Shown here: one piece after another, positions 26,790-43,759 of the stretch
Layout of the letters: each line of letters opens with the position of its first letter
Position numbering within the stretch: position 1 is the stretch's first letter
Assembly: GCA_964016885.1 (NCBI GenBank)
Contig: OZ024740.1
Coordinates: 66,464,001-66,528,000 of the forward strand
DNA: 64,000 nucleotides
Source: Eledone cirrhosa
Lineage: Eukaryota
Direction of reading: 5' to 3'
Notes under the pieces: generated by a model
Seen by the model: the letters and a program-made list of their open reading frames with translations, nothing else
The model's database searches: none
Told to the model about the DNA's origin: nothing
Translations under genes and position numbers: made by a program

Positions 26790-27576
26790 GCACATTTAGA
26801 CGGGAACAAAACAGAGAGGCAGACAAATAAAGGTTTATTAGGTTCATGCTCTTGAAAGTGTGGGGAGGGGGACGTTTCGGGCATAAACCCTTCAGGATAA
26901 ATAGGTTGGGAAGAGAGTTCCGAGGGTGTGTGGAATTACATTTAGAATAAAGGGAAAGGAGAACAAATAAAAATAAAAATAAACGTAAAAATAAACATAA
27001 GAATTAACAATAAGATAAGCAAGTGTTGAAAGGCTGTGAGGCGTGTAAAGGGTGGTGTCGGGTGGCGTTCGGCGAGGGAGGCGGGGGTAGAAGCGGGGAA
27101 GGCTGAAGGTGGTTTTTGTGTGTGTCTGTATATTTGTGAGAAAAAGGACGAGGTTCCATGTTCAGGAAAAGGTGTGTGCGTGCGTGTGCTAAAAGGGGCG
27201 TCAGAGGGTGGGGGATGGGGTGTGTGGATTCCGGAGGTTCAGTGTGTATATGTGGGGGTACGCAAGTGTGTGCTGCTATATATATGTGGTGTCGATGTGG
27301 GTGGCGTGGTGCGAAAAAATTGTCAGTGTATGTTCGTGGGTAAGTTCCTGATGTAGTTCCACCGAGTGTGAGAAGAGAGCTGGATATTTTCCATGTTATA
27401 GAGTAGATGGCTGGAGAAGTGCCCGGTGATGTAGAATCCAGTGTTGGTGGTGGTCGGAAGTGGGGTGCGCGCGCAACAGGAAGTGGTCAGAGAATCAAGG
27501 CAAGGTGAAAGGAGCAGTAGACGAGGATGAAGAGATAGCAGCAGAGCTGAATGACAGGTGGAGTAATGTCACTGTG

Positions 27577-27578
<2 letters not shown>
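26790..27578 (-). mobile_element. Probable PLE 3' end with decayed HHR (26871-26896)
   Basis: Minus strand CCTGAAGGGtttatGCCCGAAACGTC then AATAAA then (TA)n. Confidence 0.5.
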
Positions 27579-27625
<47 letters not shown>

Positions 27626-27630
27626 ATGTG

Positions 27631-27715
<85 letters not shown>

Positions 27716-27727
27716 ATGTGTATGTGC

Positions 27728-27768
<41 letters not shown>

Positions 27769-28373
27769 TATATGTGTATGTGTTTATAGGTGTGTGTCTG
27801 CCTCTGTGTGTATGTGGGTAAGTCGGCGCGTGTATGAATGTGCTTTTTGACAGCTGGAAAATACATTAAGAGAAACTTCACAATAAGAGTACCACCCGTC
27901 CGTTCTTCCACACTAGCATGGGTTAGATGGGACTTCTTGGGTCTCCCCACTCTCGCAGGGAACGATGGGGTCTGACCATTAATAAGCGTTGACAAATTCT
28001 AATATATATATATACATATATATGAAAAATGTTTGTCCTTCATCAGTCATCTTCCAACCATCATAGGCATTTCATCGCTTTAAAGACCATATACCTCTGG
28101 TTGGTCCGAGCAACGGCTATATATATATATATATATATATACATATATACATATATATACATATATATATATGTATTCATATATATATATTTATGTTTAG
28201 AGTGACAGAAAGAGAGTGAGAGAGATAGAACCGTGGCCACGGTGCCAAGTGGTTTCGGCTTTATTACCGCAGCGCTTAGTATATTTCCTCGCTCTACACA
28301 CACTCTAATTCTCCCCATGCATCGAGCAGTCTGATGATTAGGAGTCTCTTTGTATATATATATATGTCTCTAT

Positions 28374-28502
<129 letters not shown>

Positions 28503-28616
28503 AGTTGAAATAAAATGAAAACGAAATTTCATTTCTCACTCTTAGTACGGCACTTACTTAAATGTAAGTATGTGTGTATACGTACATACATATATGTATA
28601 CAGACGTACAGTAGCA

Positions 28617-28678
<62 letters not shown>

Positions 28679-28738
28679 CAGGTAAACATACATATATGCA
28701 CGTATCAGTTTACGTTCAACTATCTGGCAGAAGGGTAT

Positions 28739-28781
28739 ACGGTGCTGATGATAGCTAACAAGCTTGAAACTAGTGCATCGT
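28739..28781 (+). ncRNA. Minimal hammerhead with G17 (probably inactive), in a dispersed repeat also at 42155-42330 and 42922-43030 (reverse)
   Basis: ACGGTG-CTGATGA-TAGCT aaca AGCTT-GAA-ACTAGT-G-CATCGT. Confidence 0.8.
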
Positions 28782-28932
28782 TCCTGTGTCAGTGTTGAAC
28801 AAAAAGGTGACGTGGTTGCCTTAACACCGTACGGCATAACATTCAAGCTGTTCAGTTTGTTTACAAACGAACCAAGCGGCGTTATAATAAGCGTCCGCTA
28901 ATCTAATACGTGAATATATGTATGTGTACCTG

Positions 28933-29006
<74 letters not shown>

Positions 29007-29012
<6 letters not shown>

Positions 29013-30583
29013 TAAAGTTTAAGCAAAGAATCGCTGCTTTCACCCTTAACGGGATCTTCTGAAACTAACAAAGTCAATCTTTAAACGCAGAACTGGATAT
29101 TTCAAAAAACGTTGCAACCGAAGGAAGACAGGAAGACGATACTTTGGTTCGTGGTAACGTTCGCTGGGAAAGAACGGGAAAAAACGAATAAAACGTCATT
29201 AATAGGAGCGGTGAAAAACAATTACGCGCAAAGACAAAATCATGTTTATGGTATAAAAGAGGTCGTAGACTAATGTTCCCTTAGGTGGTGCATAGAGACG
29301 TTCTCTGGCAATGAACGAAAAAACGAAGATAATAAGTCATATGTGGTGCTGGAGAACAAAAGCACGCAAAGACAAAACCACGTAAATGGTATAGCAGAGT
29401 CGATAGACTAAAATTCTAACTAGGAGACCAAATGAATCTCCGCTACAGAGTTAAGAACAAAGTAAATAAATACAATACAGAAGTAATAGAAACAAATAAA
29501 TACATACATGCAAACAGATACGTACAATCACAAGCATACGCAAAACCTTACCATAGGTATACAAAACCACGCACATATAAATATGTGTGTGTGTGTGTAT
29601 GCTTGTGTACAAATAAATAAATAATTATATAAACGTATATAAGTAAATAAATACGTATATAACAAGCGCACACACATACCTACAAATAAATACACGAATG
29701 TTCGGAGACGTAAGTCAACTAAAACAAAAAATACACATATACACACACCCACCATACGTTCGAACCTGCATACTCACTCGGACGCAAAACTCCCGTATAC
29801 ACATAGCCAAACCCTAAATACCAGAATATGTAAACATGATACGCCATAACAGTCAAATATACGTACGAGAAGGTATACGTACCTTCACAAAACATATGGG
29901 TAATATATACTTACCTATGCAAATAAGTAAAGGAATAAACAAAACATATACTTAGCTCCCACATCAAGACGTAAAATATCCACGTATAGATCGTGCTATC
30001 CGTTAGGGTATAACGTGGGGCTGTAATACAGGAACAGTTTTTGCAATTTATGGTTACAAGCCGAAATTGCCTCAGATTTTTTGTTTAAGATGTGGTCTGT
30101 GGCGTATAGTATTTCCAGGGCCTCAGCGGCGCAGAGGTCACATGGTCTTTCATTTCCGTTATACGATCTAGCCCTAGCTAGGATCTCCCAGTGTAACTTA
30201 TATTGGGTGTGGTTGTCTTTTAGACTCCAGATATAAGCTGAAAGTGACGTCATATTCCTTCTTAGAGGGTAACGAAAAGAATGGGTATGCATGTAAAGAC
30301 GCTGCTTGAAACTATTGGCGGTTAACCCTATGTAGGCCCTACGGGACGTGGGTGTTACAACCTTACATTTGTAGACAATGTTACTGGAGAGGCATTTCCC
30401 GGATAGGGGGCAATCAGCCCGATTCCTACAATTACCGTTAGTACTAACTACAGGGTTGCACGTGTTCCTACGGCTAGGTAGTTTAGCTAAATTTGAAGCT
30501 GTGATGTAATGTGCAAGGTTAGGAGTCGTAGAGTAAGACATTTTAATAGTATTTCTATTAAACATTTTACTATATTTATGTGT
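29007..30583 (-). mobile_element. 5'-truncated copy of the Naiad family at 3173-7070
   Basis: Open GIY-YIG ORF 29996-30586 plus the same 3' UTR/pLTR; bounded by TA-rich sequence. Confidence 0.93.
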
Positions 30584-30646
30584 CACTTATATGTCTGAAT
30601 TACTGTCGGCTTCTTGCTTACATTAATTTTTCTATTTTCATTTATA

Positions 30647-30767
<121 letters not shown>

Positions 30768-30775
30768 ATATCTTC

Positions 30776-30848
<73 letters not shown>

Positions 30849-30890
30849 ATATACATATATATATATATATATATATATTTACAGTAATAT

Positions 30891-30937
<47 letters not shown>

Positions 30938-31006
30938 CATACATATATACATATATATACATACATACATATATATACATATATATACATACATGCATAT
31001 ATATAC

Positions 31007-31111
<105 letters not shown>

Positions 31112-31121
31112 TATGTATATA

Positions 31122-31192
<71 letters not shown>

Positions 31193-31735
31193 TAAAAGCA
31201 TGTGTATGTAGTAAGAGATATATATCCACAGGCAGATCACAAATCACAGTTTATTAGGCTGCAATTGTACGACAATGTAATTTCTTTTTATTTTATTTTG
31301 CTATCAAATTAGATATATATTCATATTTCTATGTGATAAAATGCGTACCATACACACCCATATTACATTTTTATTCATAGATATTTTCTCATTTGACATT
31401 TAAAGTCTCATAAGAGATTCGAACGATCAAACCTTGATGTTATTCTGTAATTCCACCCTTCGTCTTTGTGTTGGTGTTTCTCCATGTAAACGTAAGAGGT
31501 TGGATATATATTGATTGATGTATCTTTATTTTTTAAAACTTACTGTTTCTACAATTTATGTTTGCTTTGGCATAAAATGTTGTAGGTGCACAGACATATG
31601 TTTGATGTATATTATCTGCATTTGGAACTATATGAGATAGAGATAAACATGCAAATACTTAGATAATAATGTGGTTTCGTCTGTATGTAAGTTTGTGACT
31701 GTCAATGTATATATACATATTTAAACTTGCTATAT

Positions 31736-31821
<86 letters not shown>

Positions 31822-32031
31822 TGGAAGTTTAAAATATAATTCTATCTGTATGTAGAAAGCCATATTTTACAGTTTATGATTGCCAAATGGTTTTATACAA
31901 AGCTCAATGCATTTATTGAGATATGGGTGGAAGATATGAAACATAGTTTTAAAGGGTAAATACATAAAATTTGGCGTAACTTTTAAAGGCATTTAATGAG
32001 ATAATAAATGTTTGTATCACTTTTCCTGGTT

Positions 32032-32306
32032 TCATCATCATCATCATCATCAACGTTTAACGTCCGTGTTCCACGCTTGCATGGGCTTGGACGGGGGGTT
32101 TTCCCACTTGAGGCAAGAGTGATTGTCTTGCTCGCATAGGACTGTCTGGCAGGTTTTCTACAGTTGGATGCCCTTCCTAACACCAACCACATTTACAGTG
32201 TGGGTCTGGGAGGTCTTTACCGTGTTGCCTACACGGCCACATTACAGCGTGGGCTGTGTGTTTTTTTGTCGTGACACCTACACGATCTCATTTGTTTCGG
32301 CCTGGA

Positions 32307-32308
<2 letters not shown>
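32032..32308 (-). mobile_element. RTE LINE 3' UTR/tail fragment
   Basis: Reverse complement of about 24490-24759, including the (GAT)n tail. Confidence 0.85.
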
Positions 32309-32369
<61 letters not shown>

Positions 32370-32379
32370 TGCATGTGCG

Positions 32380-32413
<34 letters not shown>

Positions 32414-32424
32414 CCCTCATAAAT

Positions 32425-34293
32425 GACATGAACCCTAGCATGCAATTCACTATGTATTTCAGAAAGTATAACTTTCTTTCTTAGCCATACTAATAACAAA
32501 TCAAAACATAATGCTAGATAGAGTCATATTTCAAAACTACCGATTCCCGACAAAATACACATCGAATGCACACCCGCCTTCCACTTAACTTAGATAAGCA
32601 AATATATGCAATAGTCTCAAAACCAACAATAAGTGAGAACAGGCTAGAAGAGATAAACAATAATTGTTTCTACTTTTGACACAAGGCCACACAATCACCC
32701 AGTGCATTACTGGTACTTTATTTTCTCGACCCTGTAACGATGAAAGGCAAAGTTAACCTCGGCGGGATTTGAACTCAGAATGGCAAGGGCCGTAACTCTA
32801 TGCGTCAAAGCATAGCGTCAGACCCTCTACCGACACGGCCAATCCACCATAGATAAAAATAATTGTTTCTACTTTAGGCACAAGACCAGCAAATAACCAG
32901 TGCATTACTGGTACTTTATTTTATCGACCCCGTAAGGATGAAAGGCAAAGTCAACCTCGGCGGGATTTGAACTCAGATCGTTAAGGGACGTAACTATGCT
33001 GGAAAGCATGGCGTCAGACTCTCTACCGATACTGCCAATCCACAAAAATAATTGTTTCTACTATTGGCACAAGGCCAGCAAATACCCTGTACATTACTGG
33101 TACTTTATTTTATCGACCCCGTAAGGATGAAAGGCAAAGTTAACCTTGGCGGGATTTGAACTCAGAATGCCAAGGGCCGTAACTCTATGCGTCAAAGAAT
33201 GGCGTCCGATCCTCTGCCGATACTGCCAATTCCCCAGAGATAAAAATAATTGTTTCTACGTTAGGTACAAGGCCAGCAATTAACCAGTGTATTACTGGTA
33301 CTTTATTTTATCGACCCCGTAAGGATGTGAAGATAAAATACCCTCAGATTATAATCAAAAATAGTATTCAAAGAGCAAGACAAAGTACTATCCATCTAAT
33401 CCGAAACAATGATAAGAAAAAAAGAATCACATATATTTCAAAATTTAACCCGAAGAATACAGAGTTGTACACACACATACAACTAAACCTACCCATCCCA
33501 CTTTGGGAAAAAAGAAATGAAAACTTCATTACAAAAATGTCCAATTATAAAACGTAAGCGGCAGCCTTAGTCACTACAAAAGATACTAACAAAGGCAAAG
33601 CTACAAAATATTATTAAATGGCCTGAAGTGAAAATATACAAACAGACTAAGTAGGGGCTTTGCAACTATGTTTTAAAAGGGTCCTAATCCTACTTCAAAT
33701 AAGGTCCCATTCTCAAAATTATAAATGCCTTCTCGTGCAAAATAGAAAATGTACTATATATATAATAACATGCAATGGTTGCCATGATAAATACATTAGA
33801 TAAACTTGATTAACACTCCCCCAACAAAGAATAATAGTTCACCGCTAGCAAATTAGGGATTCATACACAAAAAAGATCCATCTTTACCAACATATAGAGG
33901 AATGCGGAGTAAAAATGTATCAAATTGCAAGGTCTTTCCATGCTAACAATGTTGTCAGTCAAAATCAGAGGAAACTTGCTTTGGCATAGAAATTTGTTTT
34001 TATAGAAAAATTTAGGCAAATTCGGAAATCTTTGCATGCGTAGTTTTTAATACCTCTTCAGACAAGAATTATGTCTCTTGTCAATAATTGTGTTTCCCCC
34101 TCATTTTAACGAAAACATATGTGGCAATAACATTACAAATGGAAACTTTGAAAATTAGACATGGACACATTTTTGAAAATCTGTTTCAGCGAAGCCGGTT
34201 AAGTAAAAGAGCTATACTTGTTGATGATATTGTTTTTCGTTGAGTAATAAACACATAACGAAATGTATGTGTAATAAATAAAAATCCATTATG

Positions 34294-34298
<5 letters not shown>
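32425..34298 (+). mobile_element. Old decayed Neptune-type PLE 3' half, interrupted by a SINE array
   Basis: [25 protein letters not shown] | YPQIIIKNSIQRA..FSC..NVLY..CNGC..YI; decayed HHR TTGATGA..GAAA plus AATAAA at 34221-34282. Confidence 0.7.
32659..33327 (-). repeat. Tandem array of about 3.4 tRNA-derived SINE units (starts at 32659, 32858, 33047, 33245)
   Basis: ~190-200-bp units, each the reverse complement of the 21641 SINE. Confidence 0.92.
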
Positions 34299-34339
<41 letters not shown>

Positions 34340-34414
34340 CTCATAATGGATTTTTATTTATTACATAAACATTTCGTTATGTGTTTATTACTCAACGAAA
34401 AACAATCTCTCTCA

Positions 34415-34453
<39 letters not shown>

Positions 34454-34919
34454 ATGTTCTTTATATGGGTGGTCATATTGCTAATATTGGCAAGAAAAAC
34501 ACAATCACAACAGGATTTTCACTTCAGCTTTATAATCAGTTATTAGTTAGTTCATTAAAATATTTCCTCACACATTCTGTGACTTTGTAAATGATACTTT
34601 GTTTTCCTATGTGCATCTTCTCTTCTCTCGGTTCTTATTTTGTATAATTCATCATGTCTTTTTGTGGTACATTTCCCTGAATACACACTGTGCTTGCGCC
34701 AGCGCCTCTGGGTGTGACCTGTTTATGCGTGATAAATTTCCAGCCAGAGTTCTGTGTCTGACACATATATTCTACATTTGGGGTGCTCATGTGGGTAGTC
34801 GCTTGTGAGCCTAATACTCTGATGGCTTGAATTTGCTCTTTGCGGGATGATCTCTATGCTGTTAACTTCTAGATCAGGTTCATAGTTATTCAATGGTGGG
34901 GGTCCGTTTACCACTATAT

Positions 34920-35890
34920 CTTCTATATAGAGAGAGTATAGGTTTATGAGTATAAGCTATGGAGCTCCTCCCTCTACCATTAGCAGGATGACCACATCAC
35001 CAGTGAGACTGACGCCGATTGCAAAGCTCTTCCTGCGCGTATGTTTGGTTATTGAATATTGAATAAACATGTGATCATCTGAATATTTTTGCTACTTATT
35101 ACCACCGCATGTGCTAACATTATTTTTACCTGATCAAATTGTTGGTGTCAGTAGGGCTCTGCTTCAACCGAACTATATTTCTATGGTGTTCGTTGGAGGA
35201 AGATTTTGCCATCAATGTGATGGTATAACGTATATATGCCTCGCTTGTCTACTGGAGCAGTGATATCATTTTCGTGCAGGTACACTTTGTCACAGGTAAG
35301 TCAAAGAAGGAGACGCACTTCAAGAATGTCAAGTCTTCGTAACACTACATCAATCTCACTGATCATCTCCATACATATCGCCAAAGAGAAATCAACTCTG
35401 ACTGGAAACTAAGAATGACAAATCCCAAATCTTCCATTTGAATTGTACAAAATCCATGGGCTCCAATTACCTGATCCACGAATTTTCAGCTATCCCAGTT
35501 AGTACACTGTTTAATATCTTAATTGCGGACCTAGTAAATGCGAGGAAAAATGTGTCCCGAATTTGCTATCCAACAGACTTTCAATAACACAATTTACATC
35601 AATATATGCAACACATGTTCTCTTGATACAGCCAAAGTGAAAGACTCAGGATGTACCATATAGATATAAATAAATGCAAAAGCATCATAGGGAATAATCC
35701 ATTGGGATTTGCCAACTATACATGAGCAAAGAATGATATATTATAGAAAAGATTAAGAGTAAAATAGGGAAGGCCAACTCATGGAATGAGAGCAAAAAAT
35801 ACCAGAGTTTCAAGTTTGTTGACGCTACTCCTAGAGCCAAAATAACTTATCATTTTATGAAAGCTTTAGATAGTCTGGACCTGAAAATTT
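34920..35890 (+). mobile_element. Old decayed relative of the Nematis-like PLE at 57-63 kb
   Basis: Manual translation TKSMGSNYLI, FNILIADLV, KIGKANSW..KYQSFKFVDATP aligns with the 530-aa ORF. Confidence 0.8.
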
Positions 35891-36791
35891 AGATGGAAGA
35901 AAATCCATGAAATCCCGTATTATCTCTGATCATTAGATCATTGTATTTTTTCTTTTTTTCTTTTTGTCCAACGCCCGTTGTATTTTTTTGTTTTCTACTG
36001 TACACCACTGGTGGTGTACAATCCTGTCTAATATAGAATCCGAAATCATAATGATCCCTGGAAGATAGCCGATGAGAAGTAGATGTCAATATTCTTATCT
36101 CTTGCGCGTTTTCCGTTTCTCACCTTTCTTCCCTGGATTTGTAATGATATTATCATTGTAACCACACATCCTAATTTTATAAATCCAACATTTGTTTACT
36201 AATTCTGTGACACTCTATCTCACTATATCTTTCTCTTTCCCTCCTTTTCTCCGTCTATCTATCTCTTTTTCTATCTATACATCTTTCTTCTCCCCATCTT
36301 TCTGTTCTGTATAACCTTGATTGAAGACTTCATCTTCGCCTTTTGCAATTTCACCACTGACCTATTGAGTTAATTTTCGCTATGTCTCATTTCTATTAAT
36401 AATAGAGCTAGGGTTATTATTCGAACCAGCTTTTATTAATATATTTCATTCATACCTGCGGTTACCACTCGCGTATGAATTGCTTTCGATTGTAACAATT
36501 TTCCAGTACCATATTTTTATGCAAATATATATATATATATATATTTTTATCGAAGGCCCGTTGCGATTTTGTCTGGAAAGCTATCTGTGTACAGCTATTA
36601 ATGCATTGGTGGTGAATAGTCCTGTACTATTATAATGATTCTCAAGAGAGAGCCGATGTGTTTATCTATTCCTAGTTTTCTGTTTCTTAAATTGTTTACA
36701 AGTTTTTTTTAATAATATTATCATTGTAGCCGAGCAGCTAAATTTCTGTACATATTCACACACTTACATATATGTATATAATATGCATATA

Positions 36792-36983
<192 letters not shown>

Positions 36984-37019
36984 AAGTATATTTTCGAAAC
37001 AGCGAGCGAGTTTGAAATT

Positions 37020-37221
37020 ATAAATGGAAGCTATCGCGTATTTTGTCCAAAGAAATTAAAGAAAATGATTTAGCCTGATTGTGGGGTTAAGAACCTTCGG
37101 AGAAATGGAAAGAGTTGAGTACGTCAATACTCATCTTTTTCCATTTCTCCAAGGGTTCTTAACCCCACTATCAGGCTAATTAATTTTCTTTAGTCAAAAT
37201 ACGGCGATAGCTTACATTTAT
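37020..37221. repeat. ~200-bp palindrome (family P3) between (TA)n tracts
   Basis: Arms TAGCCTGATTGTGGGGTTAAGAACC..GGAGAAATGGAAA / TTTCCATTTCTCC..GGTTCTTAACCCCACTATCAGGCTA; centre near 37123. Confidence 0.9.
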
Positions 37222-37282
<61 letters not shown>

Positions 37283-37295
37283 TTATATATATGTA

Positions 37296-41294
<3,999 letters not shown>

Positions 41295-41353
41295 GTTATT
41301 CCGGGTTGAATCGGAGGTATATATATATATATATGTATGTATATATATATTTG

Positions 41354-41412
<59 letters not shown>

Positions 41413-41413
41413 A

Positions 41414-41452
<39 letters not shown>

Positions 41453-41685
41453 AGAACAAAAGATGGTTAAAAGAGTTCCATGTATTTTATTATGCGCATT
41501 TCAAAAACAAACATCATCATGCAATAATATTTGTGTTTTCATCAGATAAAACAGGAAGACAAGATTTGAAGGTTAAAAAACACTTGTGGATAGTGCAGTT
41601 TTAAATCAACATATATATATATACATACATACATATATATAGATATATACATACATATATATATATACATAAATATATTATATAT

Positions 41686-41720
<35 letters not shown>

Positions 41721-41917
41721 CATACATACATACATACATACATACATACATACATACATACAGACAGACAGACATACAGTCAACGCGATCAGTCGCATAT
41801 TTTGGCGTGGGAGACTATTTATTAATTTAAGATAAATACTATCTCCGACACTAATGCCACAACTACAGTCATGTTGAATAACTGGTTATTCTTCTTACTA
41901 TATCTTCTATATATATA

Positions 41918-41993
<76 letters not shown>

Positions 41994-42090
41994 TATATGT
42001 ATGCATATACATAATACTGTACGCCTGTATACATACTTTTATTTACGCATCAGCCGTTCTAAGAGGGAGAAATGAAATTTCCTTTTTTCC

Positions 42091-42150
<60 letters not shown>

Positions 42151-42268
42151 GTATGGGTTTACCGAACATTTATCATAATGTTAGGTTTGTTTGTAATCAA
42201 ACAACCCGTATTAAGCCGTACAGTGTTCGGCAACCATCGTTGCCCTTCTGTTCAACACTGACATGGGA

Positions 42269-42311
42269 ACGATGAACCTGTTTCTAGCTTATTAGCTGTC
42301 ATCAGCACCGT
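42269..42311 (-). ncRNA. Minimal hammerhead, same family as 28739
   Basis: Minus strand ACGGTG-CTGATGA-CAGCT aata AGCTA-GAA-ACAGGT-T-CATCGT. Confidence 0.8.
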
Positions 42312-42557
42312 ATACCTTCCTGTCGATTAACGTTTGAAAGTATATACTTTCATTATGCATATTAACGGCTGAGCAGCCTAATTTGCATAACGAGTGAGTT
42401 AGTCGGCCGGGCGTACCGAAAACGATAAATGGAAAATATGAAACTTCATGTCTCACTCTTAGTACGGCTAATACTTAAATATAAGTATGTATACGTACAT
42501 ACATATATGTATACAGACGTACAGTAGTATGTATATACATACATACATGCACACACA

Positions 42558-42620
<63 letters not shown>

Positions 42621-42625
<5 letters not shown>

Positions 42626-42812
42626 AACCAGTAAGACCCCGACAGCTGAGCTCAAGCCGTTTCGACGGCTAATTTTGTCCAGAATTAGCCGTCGAAACGG
42701 CTTGAGCTCAGCTGTCGGGGTCTTACTGGTTCCTATTACCCACTCTACTACCTCAAGTATTGAGTACTTTGGTGCGTTATGGTCCACCTGGTTCCTTACC
42801 ACATTTCCTTCG

Positions 42813-42815
<3 letters not shown>
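42621..42815. repeat. Palindromic family P1, asymmetric copy
   Basis: Perfect ~55-bp hairpin arms plus single-copy right extension ending CTTCGTTA. Confidence 0.92.
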
Positions 42816-42903
<88 letters not shown>

Positions 42904-43029
42904 AATATATATATATATGTCTGGGTTTACCGAACATTTATTATAATGTTCGGTTTGTTTGTAAAGAAACAGCCCGAATTACGCCGTACAGTTTTCGGCA
43001 ACCATCGTTGCCCTTTTGTTCAACACTGA

Positions 43030-43420
43030 ACGAATGATGGAGTGAATTATATCTGGTCTTAAAGCTATTCGATGTTGAGCCTATATATAATATCGAGATG
43101 TGATTAGTCTTTACAGTACCGGAGTAGACATTGTCTTTAATTAGGCCGTTCCTATTTAATGGGCATGTGATGTTGGGCCCATAATTACAATTGTTTTCGC
43201 AACTAGTATACTGGTTAAGGGGGTATGCATTTGAGTGGTTGTTCCTGTTTCTACTTCTAGTATTATGATTATGGTGAGTACTACTATTCTTTGAATTATT
43301 AGTGTGACTTGCTGTATGGTCTTGTACTGTGTTATTGTTGAGGGTATTTCCATGCTGGACATTATTACTTTGGTGTAATTTGAAGTAGTTTGTCATCTTT
43401 CCTATTATAAAAAGCTTCAA
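43030..43420 (-). mobile_element. Naiad linker plus GIY-YIG fragment
   Basis: ORF 42941-43420: CN..CPLN..NVYSG..YIGSTSNSFKTRYN. Confidence 0.75.
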
Positions 43421-43450
43421 CTATCTCTACACAATCTACCCCCCTCTCTC

Positions 43451-43546
<96 letters not shown>

Positions 43547-43608
43547 GATTTGTTATAGCATAATAAACTTTCAGGGATTTACACAAGTTCAGCCTTCTGT
43601 TATTTCAT

Positions 43609-43646
<38 letters not shown>

Positions 43647-43759
43647 CAGATATATATATGTGTGTGTATGTATGTACATACATGTGTGTTTGTATATGTG
43701 TATATATATATATACATTCTCACACATATGTATATACCTTATATTATATATACATACAC

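Noticed and set aside
28325-28350. CTGATGA as an HHR start (also near 28040 minus)
   Set aside because: No downstream stem II plus GAAA in either copy
32659-33327. CRISPR-like array or tRNA gene cluster
   Set aside because: Units are ~195-bp SINEs without unique spacers; the tRNA-like head does not form a full cloverleaf
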